Source of the DNA: Lysobacterales bacterium
Lineage (GTDB): Bacteria; Pseudomonadota; Gammaproteobacteria; Xanthomonadales; SZUA-36
Reading direction: 5' to 3'
DNA: 59,667 bases
Assembly (NCBI GenBank): GCA_036447475.1
Contig: JAZFUZ010000221.1
Span: 1-59,667, forward strand
Below, piece by piece: positions 36,163 to 44,933 of this stretch. A model generated the notes under the pieces. That model worked only from the letters and a program-made list of their open reading frames with translations, was not told where the DNA came from and searched no databases. The position numbers and the translations under genes were made by a program. The stretch's first letter is position 1, and each line of letters begins with the position of its first letter.

Positions 36163-37436
36163 ACGCTCTGTTCCTTGTTACGCTGTTATTTGCCTGCCTG
36201 CTGATTGGTGTGCCGATCGCCGTTGCACTGGGTTTCGCCAGTATTTTGACTCTGCTTATCTTTGCAGACCAAAGTACGCTTTCACTGGCGCAGAAGTTTT
36301 TCCATACCATGCAGGTGTACCCCTTATTGGCGCTGCCGTTTTTCGTGCTGGCAGGAACTTTTATGACCAGCGGCGGCGTGGCCCGCCGCATGATCGAATT
36401 TGCCAATGCCGCGGTTGGGCATTTCCATGGTGGATTGGCAATGGCTTCGGTGCTTGCCTGTATGTTGTTCGCCGCAGTATCTGGTTCTTCGCCTGCCACG
36501 GTGATAGCGATTGGCTCAATCGTGATCGCTGGAATGGTGAGCTCGGGTTACAGTCGAAACTTTGCAGCGGGTGTCATATGTAATGCCGGCACGCTGGGTA
36601 TTCTGATTCCGCCCTCCATCGTCATGGTGGTCTACGGCGCGGCTACCGAAACATCCATCGGCAAACTGTTCATCGCCGGCATCATTCCGGGCCTCTTATT
36701 GACCGGTACGATGATGATTGCGGTTTATTTTATTGCCCGCCATCGGAAAATTCCGCGCCAGCCCTGGGTTGGCTGGTGGCAGATTTTGCGGACCGGTCGC
36801 AGGGCGCTGTGGGGTTTGCTCCTCATTGTGATCATTCTGGGAGGTATTTACGGTGGCGTATTCACGCCAACGGAGGCGGCGGCGGTTTCTGCGATGTATG
36901 CATTTGTCGTGGCGGTCTATATTCACGGAGATATCAAACTAAAAGATGTCCCCGAAGTGTTGGTCAGCAGTTCCAAGATCACGGCAATGCTGTTGTTCAT
37001 TATTGCCAATGCCTTCCTGTTTGCGTTTGTGCTCACCACGATGCAAATACCGCAACAGGCTTCCGAAGCTATTATGTCCATGGGTTTATCCCCGTGGGCT
37101 TTCCTGTTGGCTGTGAATGTGCTGCTGCTGATTGCTGGCAATTTCATGGAGCCCACCTCGGTCATCTTGATTCTGGCCCCGATCCTGTTCCCCATCGCAA
37201 TGGATTTGGGCATTGATCCGGTGCACCTGGGTATCATTATGGTGGTCAATCTTGAAATCGGCATGGTCACGCCACCCGTGGGGCTCAACCTGTTTGTTAC
37301 CGCAGGTGTGGCCGGAATGTCTCTTGAACAAGTCATTATGGCAGCACTACCCTGGTTGCTCATTTTGCTCAGCGTGCTGATCATCGTGACCTATGTGCCC
37401 CTGCTATCCCTGTACCTGCCCTCGCTGATGCTTTAA
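36159..37436 (+). CDS. TRAP-transporter large permease (DctM family)
   Basis: A 425-aa polytopic protein with the typical DctM length and motifs ('MTSGGVARRMIEFA', 'AVSGSSPATV'). Confidence 0.9.
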   Translation: MNALFLVTLLFACLLIGVPIAVALGFASILTLLIFADQSTLSLAQKFFHTMQVYPLLALPFFVLAGTFMTSGGVARRMIEFANAAVGHFHGGLAMASVLACMLFAAVSGSSPATVIAIGSIVIAGMVSSGYSRNFAAGVICNAGTLGILIPPSIVMVVYGAATETSIGKLFIAGIIPGLLLTGTMMIAVYFIARHRKIPRQPWVGWWQILRTGRRALWGLLLIVIILGGIYGGVFTPTEAAAVSAMYAFVVAVYIHGDIKLKDVPEVLVSSSKITAMLLFIIANAFLFAFVLTTMQIPQQASEAIMSMGLSPWAFLLAVNVLLLIAGNFMEPTSVILILAPILFPIAMDLGIDPVHLGIIMVVNLEIGMVTPPVGLNLFVTAGVAGMSLEQVIMAALPWLLILLSVLIIVTYVPLLSLYLPSLML

Positions 37437-37734
37437 CCCGAACATTTCACCAAGGCGGACGACAAAATGATAAACTTCTTGTTTAAACAAGAAAATTAGG
37501 CTGTTTTGGCTTATTTTTGACGGTTACAGTTTGTCCTATCCGGTTTTGCACAGCATCTGGCTTCACATTTCGGCCGATCCTTCTCAAACCAGAGCCACCG
37601 CTATGTTTTTTCAAACGATCAATCAAACTGTTTCGCCAGATACGGCGCAAATACCGGATCCTTGATGAAATATTCGGCTTGGTGTTCAAACATAGACGGG
37701 AAAGTCTTGCTGCCCCAGTCTGCCTGAATTATGA

Positions 37735-37754
37735 TAATGCAAACGTTTGCATTA
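37735..37754. promoter_or_regulatory. LacI-family operator, 20-bp perfect palindrome TAATGCAAACGTTTGCATTA
   Basis: A perfect palindrome 32 nt upstream of the M24 gene start. The core TGCAAACGTTTGCA recurs at 41180-41193. The CG-centred AAACGTTT core is the classical LacI/PurR-type operator architecture. Confidence 0.55.
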
Positions 37755-37785
37755 ATTGCACGCTGATTGAAATCAAATTCGGATT

Positions 37786-39096
37786 ATGCCCATGGAAGAA
37801 TCGAAACTGCATGACCCTCGCATCATTACCCTGGATGACATAGATCCCCGGCACGACTGGACCCGGGCACTTCGTGCACCAGGGACCATGAATGTGGATT
37901 TTGAAGAGCGGGTGAATTTTCCGCGCCTGCACCGCTATCGTCTGGGCCGCACAAAACAAGCGCTCAGGAATTCAGATCTCGGCTCGCTGCTGACGTTTGA
38001 CAATAATAATATTCGTTACATTACCAGTACTTCCATTGGCGAGTGGGCGCGCGACAAGATGTGTCGATTCGCATTGGTGCCCGGTGACGGTGATCCGCAT
38101 TTGTGGGATTTTGGCTCTGCTGCCGCCCACCACCGAATTTATGCACCATGGCTCAAACCCTCTTGCTGCCATGCCGGCATGGTCGGTCTTCGCGGCACCG
38201 TGTCACCCGAATCGGGGCTGATGCAACGCGCAGCCCTGGAAATCAAGGCAGTTCTGGAAGAGAACGGCGTGGCGCACATGCCCGTTGGCGTGGATCTGGT
38301 CGAACCTCCCATGTTGTTTGAACTGCAGAAAGTTGGCCTGGATATCCGTGACGGACAGCAAACCATGCTGGATGCCCGTGAAATCAAGTGCATGGATGAA
38401 ATCATGTTGCTCAATACTGCAGCATCGATGGTGGATGGTACTTACGACATGATCTTTGAGATGTTGCGTCCCGGTGTCCGGGAATCAGACATCGTGGCCG
38501 CGGCCAACAAAATGTTATACGAAATGGGCTCAGATGACGTAGAAGCCATTAATGCAGTCGCGGGTGAACGTTGCAGCCCGCACCCGCATAATTTTACCGA
38601 CCGTTTGATCCGCCCGGGAGACCAGGCCTTTTTTGACATAATTCAGGCGTACATGGGCTATCGAACCTGTTATTACCGAACCTTTAACGTAGGCCGTGCC
38701 ACAGATTCTCAGCGTGATGCATACAAGCAGGCACGTGAGTGGATTGACAACGCCATTGCCCTCGTGCGGCCGGGCATCGGCACCGATGATATCGCCAAGG
38801 TTTTTCCCAAGGCTGAGGAATTCGGGTTTGCAGACGAGATGGAAGCATTTGCGCTCCAGTTCTGCCACGGCTTAGGAGTCGCTTTGCATGAGCGCCCCAT
38901 CGTAAGCCGTCTTGTATCGCTTGAGAACCCACAGAAAATCAAGGAAGGTATGGTATTTGCATTGGAAACTTACTGTCCCGCGTCGGATGGTTACTCAGCC
39001 GCACGTATTGAGGAAGAAGTGGTGGTCACTGCCAATGGTTGTAAGGTTATCACCCTGTTTCCGGCCGATGAGCTTCCGATCGCCAACCCGTACTGA
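37786..39096 (+). CDS. M24-family (creatinase / prolidase / DddP-like fold) hydrolase
   Basis: 436 aa. The creatinase_N-like region is 'LGSLLTFDNNNIRYITS' (compare DddP 'LLMFDPLNIRYATD'). The pita-bread domain shows 'CHGLGVALHERP', 'GMVFALETY' and 'ARIEEEVVVT'. Confidence 0.75.
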   Translation: MPMEESKLHDPRIITLDDIDPRHDWTRALRAPGTMNVDFEERVNFPRLHRYRLGRTKQALRNSDLGSLLTFDNNNIRYITSTSIGEWARDKMCRFALVPGDGDPHLWDFGSAAAHHRIYAPWLKPSCCHAGMVGLRGTVSPESGLMQRAALEIKAVLEENGVAHMPVGVDLVEPPMLFELQKVGLDIRDGQQTMLDAREIKCMDEIMLLNTAASMVDGTYDMIFEMLRPGVRESDIVAAANKMLYEMGSDDVEAINAVAGERCSPHPHNFTDRLIRPGDQAFFDIIQAYMGYRTCYYRTFNVGRATDSQRDAYKQAREWIDNAIALVRPGIGTDDIAKVFPKAEEFGFADEMEAFALQFCHGLGVALHERPIVSRLVSLENPQKIKEGMVFALETYCPASDGYSAARIEEEVVVTANGCKVITLFPADELPIANPY

Positions 39097-39178
39097 CGCC
39101 CACCACGAACCTGGGTTAATAACCCTGGCTATCTAAACCAGAGGAAATCATGCACTCAGGATTCTCGGCAGAGAATAA

Positions 39179-40210
39179 CTATTTCTGAATTGCGGGAGGA
39201 GCCGTTGAAGCGCGGACAATCAATTCCGGCAGCAGGTTCACGGTTCTTACCGGAGATTCCGGGTTGCTGATTCTTTCCATCAGCAGTTTCCCGGATTGAA
39301 CACCGATCTCGTCGAGCGGGATATGCAGCGTTGTCAGTGGGGGTGTCAGCCGGTCCATGAACGGCATGTCGCTGAATCCGGTCACCGAAATATCTCCTGG
39401 GCAATCAAGACCGAACTCCAGCAGTGCATCATAGCAACCCAAAGCGAGCAGGTCGTTGGCAGCCACCACGGCAGAGAACTTTCGGCCTTTTCTGAGAATC
39501 GTCAAGAAGCCTCTGTAGCCTTCGGCTTCCGTAAACGCCTTGCAGTTCAGAATCAAGTCGGTATGAGACTTGAATTGGCCGTTGCGCAAAAGTTTCTTGA
39601 ATGCCAGGTACCGATCATGTCCGGTAGTGGTATCCTGCGGCCCGCCGATATAGGCGATTGACTGGTGCCCCAGCCCCACCAGATGTGAAACCACCAGATC
39701 GATGCCATGCTCATCATCATTGATCACAGCGGTTACTGAACGTGAATCAATGGTTCGGTTGACCAGCACCAGCGCCATGTGCTCTTCGACACCGATGTTG
39801 GCAATTGAATCGAGTCTGTGTGCGGTGGCCAGAATCAAACCATCCACATGGCGGGATTTTAACATCTCTACAATAGCCTTCTCATTTTTCCGATTGTTAT
39901 CGGAATCCGTCAGTATGGCTATATATCCATGTTCTGCCAGCGAGCGCTGGATTCCGCGGATAATTGGAGGAAACATGGGATTGGTCAGATCAGGTATGAG
40001 TACGCCAACCGTATGAGTTCGCCCGGTCCGGAGTCCGTAGGCCAAGGCGCTGCGTGTATACCCCATTTCGTCAGCAGTTTGGGCAACACGAGCCGCAACC
40101 ACGGTCGAAACCATCGACCGGGTATCTGGGTTAAGTACCCGGGAAACCGTGGATGGGTGGACGTTTGCCCTGGCAGCGACGTCCTTTATGTTGACTTTGC
40201 GTTTTGCCAT
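39179..40210 (-). CDS. LacI-family transcriptional regulator
   Basis: 343 aa with the HTH 'VNIKDVAARANVHPSTVSRVLN' and a periplasmic-binding-protein-like effector domain. Confidence 0.9.
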   Translation of the reverse strand: MAKRKVNIKDVAARANVHPSTVSRVLNPDTRSMVSTVVAARVAQTADEMGYTRSALAYGLRTGRTHTVGVLIPDLTNPMFPPIIRGIQRSLAEHGYIAILTDSDNNRKNEKAIVEMLKSRHVDGLILATAHRLDSIANIGVEEHMALVLVNRTIDSRSVTAVINDDEHGIDLVVSHLVGLGHQSIAYIGGPQDTTTGHDRYLAFKKLLRNGQFKSHTDLILNCKAFTEAEGYRGFLTILRKGRKFSAVVAANDLLALGCYDALLEFGLDCPGDISVTGFSDMPFMDRLTPPLTTLHIPLDEIGVQSGKLLMERISNPESPVRTVNLLPELIVRASTAPPAIQK

Positions 40211-40303
40211 TACATGTTATTCAGCGTCATGTCGTACGGATGATGTGAATCTACACGCCACGTGAAGCAACTTCAATGTACAAGCTCAAAAAAAAAGCAT
40301 TGA

Positions 40304-41053
40304 TTACAGGATATCGATCACCAGCTTGAGTTCCATCGCCACGAAAAGCGTCAGAAGAATGCGATGAAAGGTTTTTTCACTGATGTTGCGCCCCAAACGG
40401 ATGCCCAGGTGAGTAAGCAGGAGTGTAGGAACCACCACGATCAGACCGATGGTTAGTCGGTTGGTGGTCAGCAAGTTCATTTTGATCATAGAGGCGATTT
40501 GAGCACCGGAAAACAGCAGGAAGGTAAATGCAGCAGCAAAGGCGTACGCCTCCTTCACCAGGCCATTGGCATGGAAATAGGGTGCTACAATCGGTGCAGA
40601 AATCCCGCTGGCTCCCTGAATGGTTCCAGCCGCCAGTCCCAGCAGTGGCCTCAGCCCACTGCGGCCGCTTAAGTACCGATCAAATGATCGCCCAGAGAAA
40701 TACTGGATCAGATAAACGCCCAGCCAGACTGCCAGAATCAGTTTCAACCAGCGATCATCCAGAATGGACAACAGCCATGTGCCGAACACTCCACCCGCCA
40801 GACCGAGTAGCAGGAAGCCTCCATGCTTGCGTAATACTGCCCATTGTCTGTGTGTCATAACCAGCCAGCCATTCGCTGCAATGCCGGGAAGCACCATCAG
40901 AACCACCGCTTCCTCAACGCTGGTAAAGGACGCCAGCACGGGCACGGCCAAAATCGGTAACCCGACACCGGTAATGCCCTTGACCAAAGCACCAATGCCG
41001 ATGGCAAGCAGGGCAGCAACCAGCAACCCGGAGCTGGTCAGACTCAGGTCCAC
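40304..41053 (-). CDS. TauE/SafE-family (DUF81) anion exporter (sulfite / organosulfonate exporter family)
   Basis: 249 aa with 7-8 TM helices and Gly-rich helices ('GALVKGITGVGLPILAVPVL', 'LAAGTIQGASGISAPIVAP'). It lies upstream of and co-oriented with the lacI-family gene. Confidence 0.8.
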   Translation of the reverse strand: MDLSLTSSGLLVAALLAIGIGALVKGITGVGLPILAVPVLASFTSVEEAVVLMVLPGIAANGWLVMTHRQWAVLRKHGGFLLLGLAGGVFGTWLLSILDDRWLKLILAVWLGVYLIQYFSGRSFDRYLSGRSGLRPLLGLAAGTIQGASGISAPIVAPYFHANGLVKEAYAFAAAFTFLLFSGAQIASMIKMNLLTTNRLTIGLIVVVPTLLLTHLGIRLGRNISEKTFHRILLTLFVAMELKLVIDIL

Positions 41054-41179
41054 TCAGCGGACCGTTAACATACAGTTACCAGCACTTGAATCCAGAGACT
41101 TTTGGGTACTATATTTCCAGTTCGTTGGATTTGTGTCCATCCTGACTTGCTTAAGTTACCTGAAGAATTATAATGAGAG

Positions 41180-41193
41180 TGCAAACGTTTGCA
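41180..41193. promoter_or_regulatory. Second LacI-family operator (TGCAAACGTTTGCA) in the divergent tauE / dehydrogenase promoter region
   Basis: A perfect 14-bp palindrome identical to the core of the 37735 site. It lies 38 nt upstream of the ATG at 41232 and 127 nt from the tauE start. Confidence 0.55.
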
Positions 41194-41231
41194 TTCACGC
41201 CATAATACATTGAATACAAGGCAGTCACCAA

Positions 41232-42170
41232 ATGGATAATGAGCAAAATCTGAATTCCTGCAAGCTTGGCTGGATTGGGACCGGGCGCATGGGCTTTGCC
41301 ATGGCGAAGCGCCTGCTGGAAGCCGGCTGTGACGTGACTGTCTACAACCGTACACGCTCCAAGGCAGAACCGCTGGAAAAGTATGGGGCCCGTATTGTTA
41401 ATACCCCTGCTGAGCTTGCCGACCGGGACATCGTCTTCACCATGGTTTCCGGGCCGGATGATCTGATCAGCGTCGTTTGCGGAGATCACGGCGTGCTGGG
41501 CGGATCAACGACTCCTAAGCTGCTGATCGACTGCTCAAGTGTTTCCGAGGAAGGCTCGCAGCAGGTGAGGGATAATCTGCAGGGTCGTGATTGCGACATG
41601 CTGTCGGCGCCCGTGAGCGGAAACGCAAAGGTTATCAAAGCCGGCCGACTCACAATTGTGGTATCTGGTCCTGAACCTGCTTTTACGCTGGCCAAACCCT
41701 ACCTGAACACGATCGGTAAAGCTGTGACTTATGTGGGTGATGGCGAGCTGGCGCGCATGGTCAAAATTTGCCATAACATGTTATTGGGTGTGGTAACGCA
41801 GAGTCTGGCGGAAATCACAGTGCTGGCTGAAAAACGGGGTGTACCCCGTCATGCTTTGCTGGATTTCATCAATAACAGTGTCATGGGATCGATGTTCACA
41901 CGCTATAAATCACCAGCGTTTGTGAATCTTGACTGGACACCTACTTTTACAGCACCTTTGTTGCGTAAGGACATGGACCTTGGATTGTCCGCGGGAGAAA
42001 AGCTTGGGGTGCCCTTGCCGGTAACTGCTGCCACGCGTGAACTGGTGCAGCAGGCGATTGACGCCGGTCATATGGACTGTGACTTCGGCATCCTTCTGGA
42101 ATTGCAGGCGGAAGCTGCAGGCATGCAATTGAACCCGGAAAACGTCGAGGTTGATGACGGACTAAGCTAG
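41232..42170 (+). CDS. NAD(P)-dependent beta-hydroxyacid dehydrogenase (HIBADH / tartronate-semialdehyde / sulfolactaldehyde reductase family)
   Basis: 312 aa with 'LGWIGTGRMGFAMAKRLLEAGCDVTVYNRT' and 'SAPVSGNAKVIKAGRLTIVVSG'. Confidence 0.85.
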   Translation: MDNEQNLNSCKLGWIGTGRMGFAMAKRLLEAGCDVTVYNRTRSKAEPLEKYGARIVNTPAELADRDIVFTMVSGPDDLISVVCGDHGVLGGSTTPKLLIDCSSVSEEGSQQVRDNLQGRDCDMLSAPVSGNAKVIKAGRLTIVVSGPEPAFTLAKPYLNTIGKAVTYVGDGELARMVKICHNMLLGVVTQSLAEITVLAEKRGVPRHALLDFINNSVMGSMFTRYKSPAFVNLDWTPTFTAPLLRKDMDLGLSAGEKLGVPLPVTAATRELVQQAIDAGHMDCDFGILLELQAEAAGMQLNPENVEVDDGLS

Positions 42171-42207
42171 TGCCCCTCTTTGGCTTTGCGGCAGGTGATT
42201 TGAGCCC

Positions 42208-42672
42208 ATGATTGAATTCACTCTGAATGGTCAGCCCGTCAGCCTGGACATCGAGCCTGAGACGCCCCTGCTTGAAGCACTGCGCAATGATCTCGAACTC
42301 AATGGACCCAAATTTGGCTGTGGCCTGGCGCAATGTGGCGCGTGTGCAGTGCTTGTTGAGGGCCGTTCTACACGCTCATGTGTGACACCCGTGTCAGCCA
42401 TTGCCGGACGCAAAGTCACGACTCTGGAGGGCCTTGGTTCTGCCGCCAACCCCCACCCGCTGCAATCCGCTTTCATTGCGGAGCAGGCCATGCAGTGTGG
42501 TTATTGTACCAACGGCATGATCATCACCGCTGCTGCATTACTTACCACCAGCAGACATCCGACCAAGACTGAAATCCAGCAAGCCCTGGCCGGTAACCTG
42601 TGTCGTTGCGGGGCCCATCCGCGCATCGTGCGGGCGGTGCAGCGGGCTGCAGACAAGCTTGCAGGAGATTGA
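42208..42672 (+). CDS. [2Fe-2S] small subunit of a molybdenum hydroxylase (IorA / aldehyde-oxidase gamma-like)
   Basis: 154 aa with the two cluster motifs 'GCGLAQCGACAV' and 'QCGYCTNGM', plus 'LAGNLCRCGAH'. Confidence 0.9.
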   Translation: MIEFTLNGQPVSLDIEPETPLLEALRNDLELNGPKFGCGLAQCGACAVLVEGRSTRSCVTPVSAIAGRKVTTLEGLGSAANPHPLQSAFIAEQAMQCGYCTNGMIITAAALLTTSRHPTKTEIQQALAGNLCRCGAHPRIVRAVQRAADKLAGD

Positions 42673-42674
42673 GC

Positions 42675-44888
42675 GTGAAAACGACGCGACGTCAATTTCT
42701 TTACAGTTCAGGTTCGCTGCTCGTTTATTTCGCAATACCCACCTCAGGCGTGATGACGGGAGAGACCGCAGCGGCTCAACTTAGTAGATTGGACGGGAAT
42801 GATGCGCTGGATACCTGGATACGGGTCGAGGCAGGCGGCAAAGTCAGAATTTCGGTCGGCAAAGTCGAACTCGGACAGGGTATCGGTACTGCATTAGCTC
42901 AGATAGCCGCAGAAGAATTGGATGTCGAAATGGCGCGCATACAGATGGCCACGGTAGACACCACACATTCACCGAATGAGTCATACACTTACAGCAGCAT
43001 TTCCATCATGCACAGCGGCAGCGCCATCCGGACTGCCGCAGCCGAGGCAAAACGTATTCTGCTTGACCTGGCTGCTGAAAGCCTGAACCTTTCCAGTCAA
43101 GTACTTACTGTTGAGGATGGTCAAATTCTCAACGCGAGCAAGGCAACTGGGCTTGATTACTGGAAACTTCTGGAGGGACGGAACTTCAATGCGGCAGTGC
43201 CTGATGAGGGTCAGACCAAATCGCGAGAGCACTACCGTATCGTTGGACAATCTGTGCAGAGACTTGATATCCCGGGAAAGGTTTTTGCTGAGGCAGCCTT
43301 CCTGGTGGACCTCAGACTCCCTGGCATGGTGCATGCGCGGGTCGTGCGCCCACCGGCACATCGGGCGCGCCTCTTGAGCGTTGACGCTAAAATTGTGAAC
43401 AGCATGCAGGGAGTTCTCAAGGTGGTGCGCGATGGCTCATTTCTTGCCGTGGTCGCCGAGCGCGAACGCCACGCTGACCTGGCTGCTGATCAGTTGCGTA
43501 AATCAGCCCGTTGGCAGCTACCGGAAGATCTCCCCGACATGGATCAACTGCGCCTGTGGCTGAAATCCGCCAAATCAGAGTTGTATCCGGTGTTTGATCG
43601 CCGTGGTGAACTTGATGGAAAAGTTGTCCGGACCGTGACTGCCAGCTTCAACCGGGCTTTTCAGGCTCATGCCTCGATTTCACCATCGGTCGCCGTCGCG
43701 CTGAACGCAGGAGACGACCTGACCATATGGAGTCACGGCCAGGGCATGTATCCATTGAGGGGCGCGATCGCACGCGTGGTGGGGTTGGACGAGAGCCAGG
43801 TCCGCTGCATCTACATGGAGGCAGCGGGGTGTTATGGCCACAATGGCGCTGACGATGCCGCCTGTGACGCCGCTGCAATCGCGATGCAGTTTCCTGGCCG
43901 CCCAATCAGGCTGCAATGGTCCCGAGCCGACGAATTCTGCTGGGAGCCGTATGGATCGGCGATGGCGATCGATATTAAAGCGGGACTGAATTCTGCCGGG
44001 CTCATAGTTGACTGGCAATATGATCTGTGGAGTTGTCCCCACTCGACCCGACCGGCAGGGGCAAAGAGAGCCGGGAACCTGATTCAAGCTCAGCACCGGG
44101 AAAACCCGATATCACCACCACCGGTACGTTCCATTCCGCAGCCGGCGGGTGGCGGTGACCGCAACTCCGTGCCGCTGTATGATTTTGCAAATATCAAAGT
44201 GAACAAACATCTGGTCACCGAGATGCCTCTGAGAGTATCGGCTTTGCGGGGCCTGGGTGCCTATGCCAATATTTTTAGCATAGAGTCATTTATGGATGAA
44301 CTGGCTGTCTACAGCTCATTTGATCCTTTTGAATATCGTATTGCCCAGTTGAGCGACCCCCGGGCGATTGCCGTTTTGAACAAGCTCCGCGATATTTCCG
44401 CATGGTCGCAACGCCCACCGGGCGGCGACGGGAATGGCTGGGGCATCGGATTTGCACGGTTCAAAAATCTGACGGCCTATGTTGGGGTATTGATGCAACT
44501 GCAGATTGAACCGACAAAAGGCACCATCGGTTTGCAACAAGCATTTGCAGTGATCGACGCTGGACTGATCGTCAATCCAGATGGCACACGGGCCCAGATT
44601 GAAGGCGGAATCATTCAATCAGCCAGCTGGACTCTGAAAGAGCAGTTGCGGTTTACCCACTCAGAAATTCAAACTCGCAGCTGGGCGTCTTACCCCATAC
44701 TCAGATTCGAAGAAGTTCCTGACGTCCACGTCGAAATAATCAATCGCCCGGACCAGCCGCCACTGGGCCTGGGGGAGGCCGCCCAAGGACCTACTGCCGC
44801 TGCAATTGCGAATGCTGTGTTCCATGCCACCGGTCATCGATTGAGAAATTTACCCCTACAACAGGAAAAGCTGACATTGAGCAGATAA
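42675..44888 (+). CDS. Molybdopterin-binding large subunit (IorB / isoquinoline 1-oxidoreductase beta-like), Tat-type N-terminus
   Basis: The GTG start lies 2 nt after the iorA-like stop. 'KTTRRQFLYSSGSLL' is Tat-like. 'VELGQGIGTALAQIAAEEL' and 'PLGLGEAAQGPTAAAIANAV' are typical of the aldehyde oxidase/xanthine dehydrogenase family. Confidence 0.85.
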   Translation: MKTTRRQFLYSSGSLLVYFAIPTSGVMTGETAAAQLSRLDGNDALDTWIRVEAGGKVRISVGKVELGQGIGTALAQIAAEELDVEMARIQMATVDTTHSPNESYTYSSISIMHSGSAIRTAAAEAKRILLDLAAESLNLSSQVLTVEDGQILNASKATGLDYWKLLEGRNFNAAVPDEGQTKSREHYRIVGQSVQRLDIPGKVFAEAAFLVDLRLPGMVHARVVRPPAHRARLLSVDAKIVNSMQGVLKVVRDGSFLAVVAERERHADLAADQLRKSARWQLPEDLPDMDQLRLWLKSAKSELYPVFDRRGELDGKVVRTVTASFNRAFQAHASISPSVAVALNAGDDLTIWSHGQGMYPLRGAIARVVGLDESQVRCIYMEAAGCYGHNGADDAACDAAAIAMQFPGRPIRLQWSRADEFCWEPYGSAMAIDIKAGLNSAGLIVDWQYDLWSCPHSTRPAGAKRAGNLIQAQHRENPISPPPVRSIPQPAGGGDRNSVPLYDFANIKVNKHLVTEMPLRVSALRGLGAYANIFSIESFMDELAVYSSFDPFEYRIAQLSDPRAIAVLNKLRDISAWSQRPPGGDGNGWGIGFARFKNLTAYVGVLMQLQIEPTKGTIGLQQAFAVIDAGLIVNPDGTRAQIEGGIIQSASWTLKEQLRFTHSEIQTRSWASYPILRFEEVPDVHVEIINRPDQPPLGLGEAAQGPTAAAIANAVFHATGHRLRNLPLQQEKLTLSR

Positions 44889-44933
44889 AACTGCAATGAC
44901 TCGCAATTGTCGCCAACCACAGAGGTATCCAAC

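Noticed and set aside
37483-37843. A 68-aa minus-strand ORF and a 108-aa plus-strand ORF in the dctM / M24 intergenic region
   Set aside because: They are highly basic or low-complexity and use non-ATG or unsupported starts. The plus-strand ORF runs across the LacI operator into the M24 gene in another frame.
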